Part shown: positions 63,690 through 64,000 of the stretch, one piece after another | Numbering within the stretch: position 1 is the first letter of the stretch | How the letters are laid out: the number at the start of each line of letters is the position of its first letter | NCBI GenBank assembly: GCA_030390025.1 | Contig: CM059432.1 | Location: 119,476,001 to 119,540,000 of the forward strand | Length of the DNA stretch: 64,000 bases | Reading direction: 5' to 3' | Source of the DNA: Squalus acanthias | Lineage: Eukaryota | The notes under the pieces: generated by a model | The model's database searches: none | Told to the model about the DNA's origin: nothing | The model's input: only the letters and a program-made list of their open reading frames with translations | Translations under genes and position numbers: made by a program

Positions 63690-64000
63690 GGGTTGGATTT
63701 TGATACTGGGGCGGGTTGGGATCGTGTCATCCGCTTTTCGTGTTATCCACCCGACTGCAATTGGATGTGGGAGATTGATGCAATTTTCACCTAATTGGGC
63801 AATTGAGTTCCAGCATGTGGGAACCCATGAACCAATTCGTGTTTTCAGTCTGAAAGTCGCCTCTGATGATGTCATCATTGCTGCTGCATTGAAGGTCAGA
63901 GACTGCCTGGCCTTTGCTGTGAGAGGACCTGGATGCAAAATGAACAGCTCTAGGTCTGGAGAGAGAGAGAGAGAGAGAGAATGAGAATTCCCAGATATGG
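63690..64000. mobile_element. MITE, inverted copy of the 45368-45987 family, cut by the window edge
   Basis: Aligns to the reverse complement of 45670-45987. Confidence 0.85.

Overview
Eukaryotic, almost certainly cartilaginous-fish (shark-like) DNA, judged from CR1/HER1 LINEs, an HE1-type V-SINE, a Deu-domain SINE and Harbinger MITE families. No host gene exon can be supported; nearly the whole window is nested mobile DNA. The oldest layer is a decayed minus-strand Academ(X)-like DNA transposon whose reading frame can be rejoined across later insertions. Inserted into it are: an endogenous foamy-virus-like provirus remnant (1.5-kb LTR plus PR/RH/IN); a two-LTR endogenous retrovirus with deleted pol and an Env laid out like a paramyxo/pneumovirus F protein (lokiretrovirus-like, inferred); a Gypsy element; a full-length Vingi-like LINE; many CR1s; Penelope fragments carrying hammerhead motifs; four two-gene Harbinger transposons (one with an intact transposase ORF); and several MITEs. 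All family assignments come from manual translation and recalled motifs, not database searches. Identities quoted are by-eye estimates.
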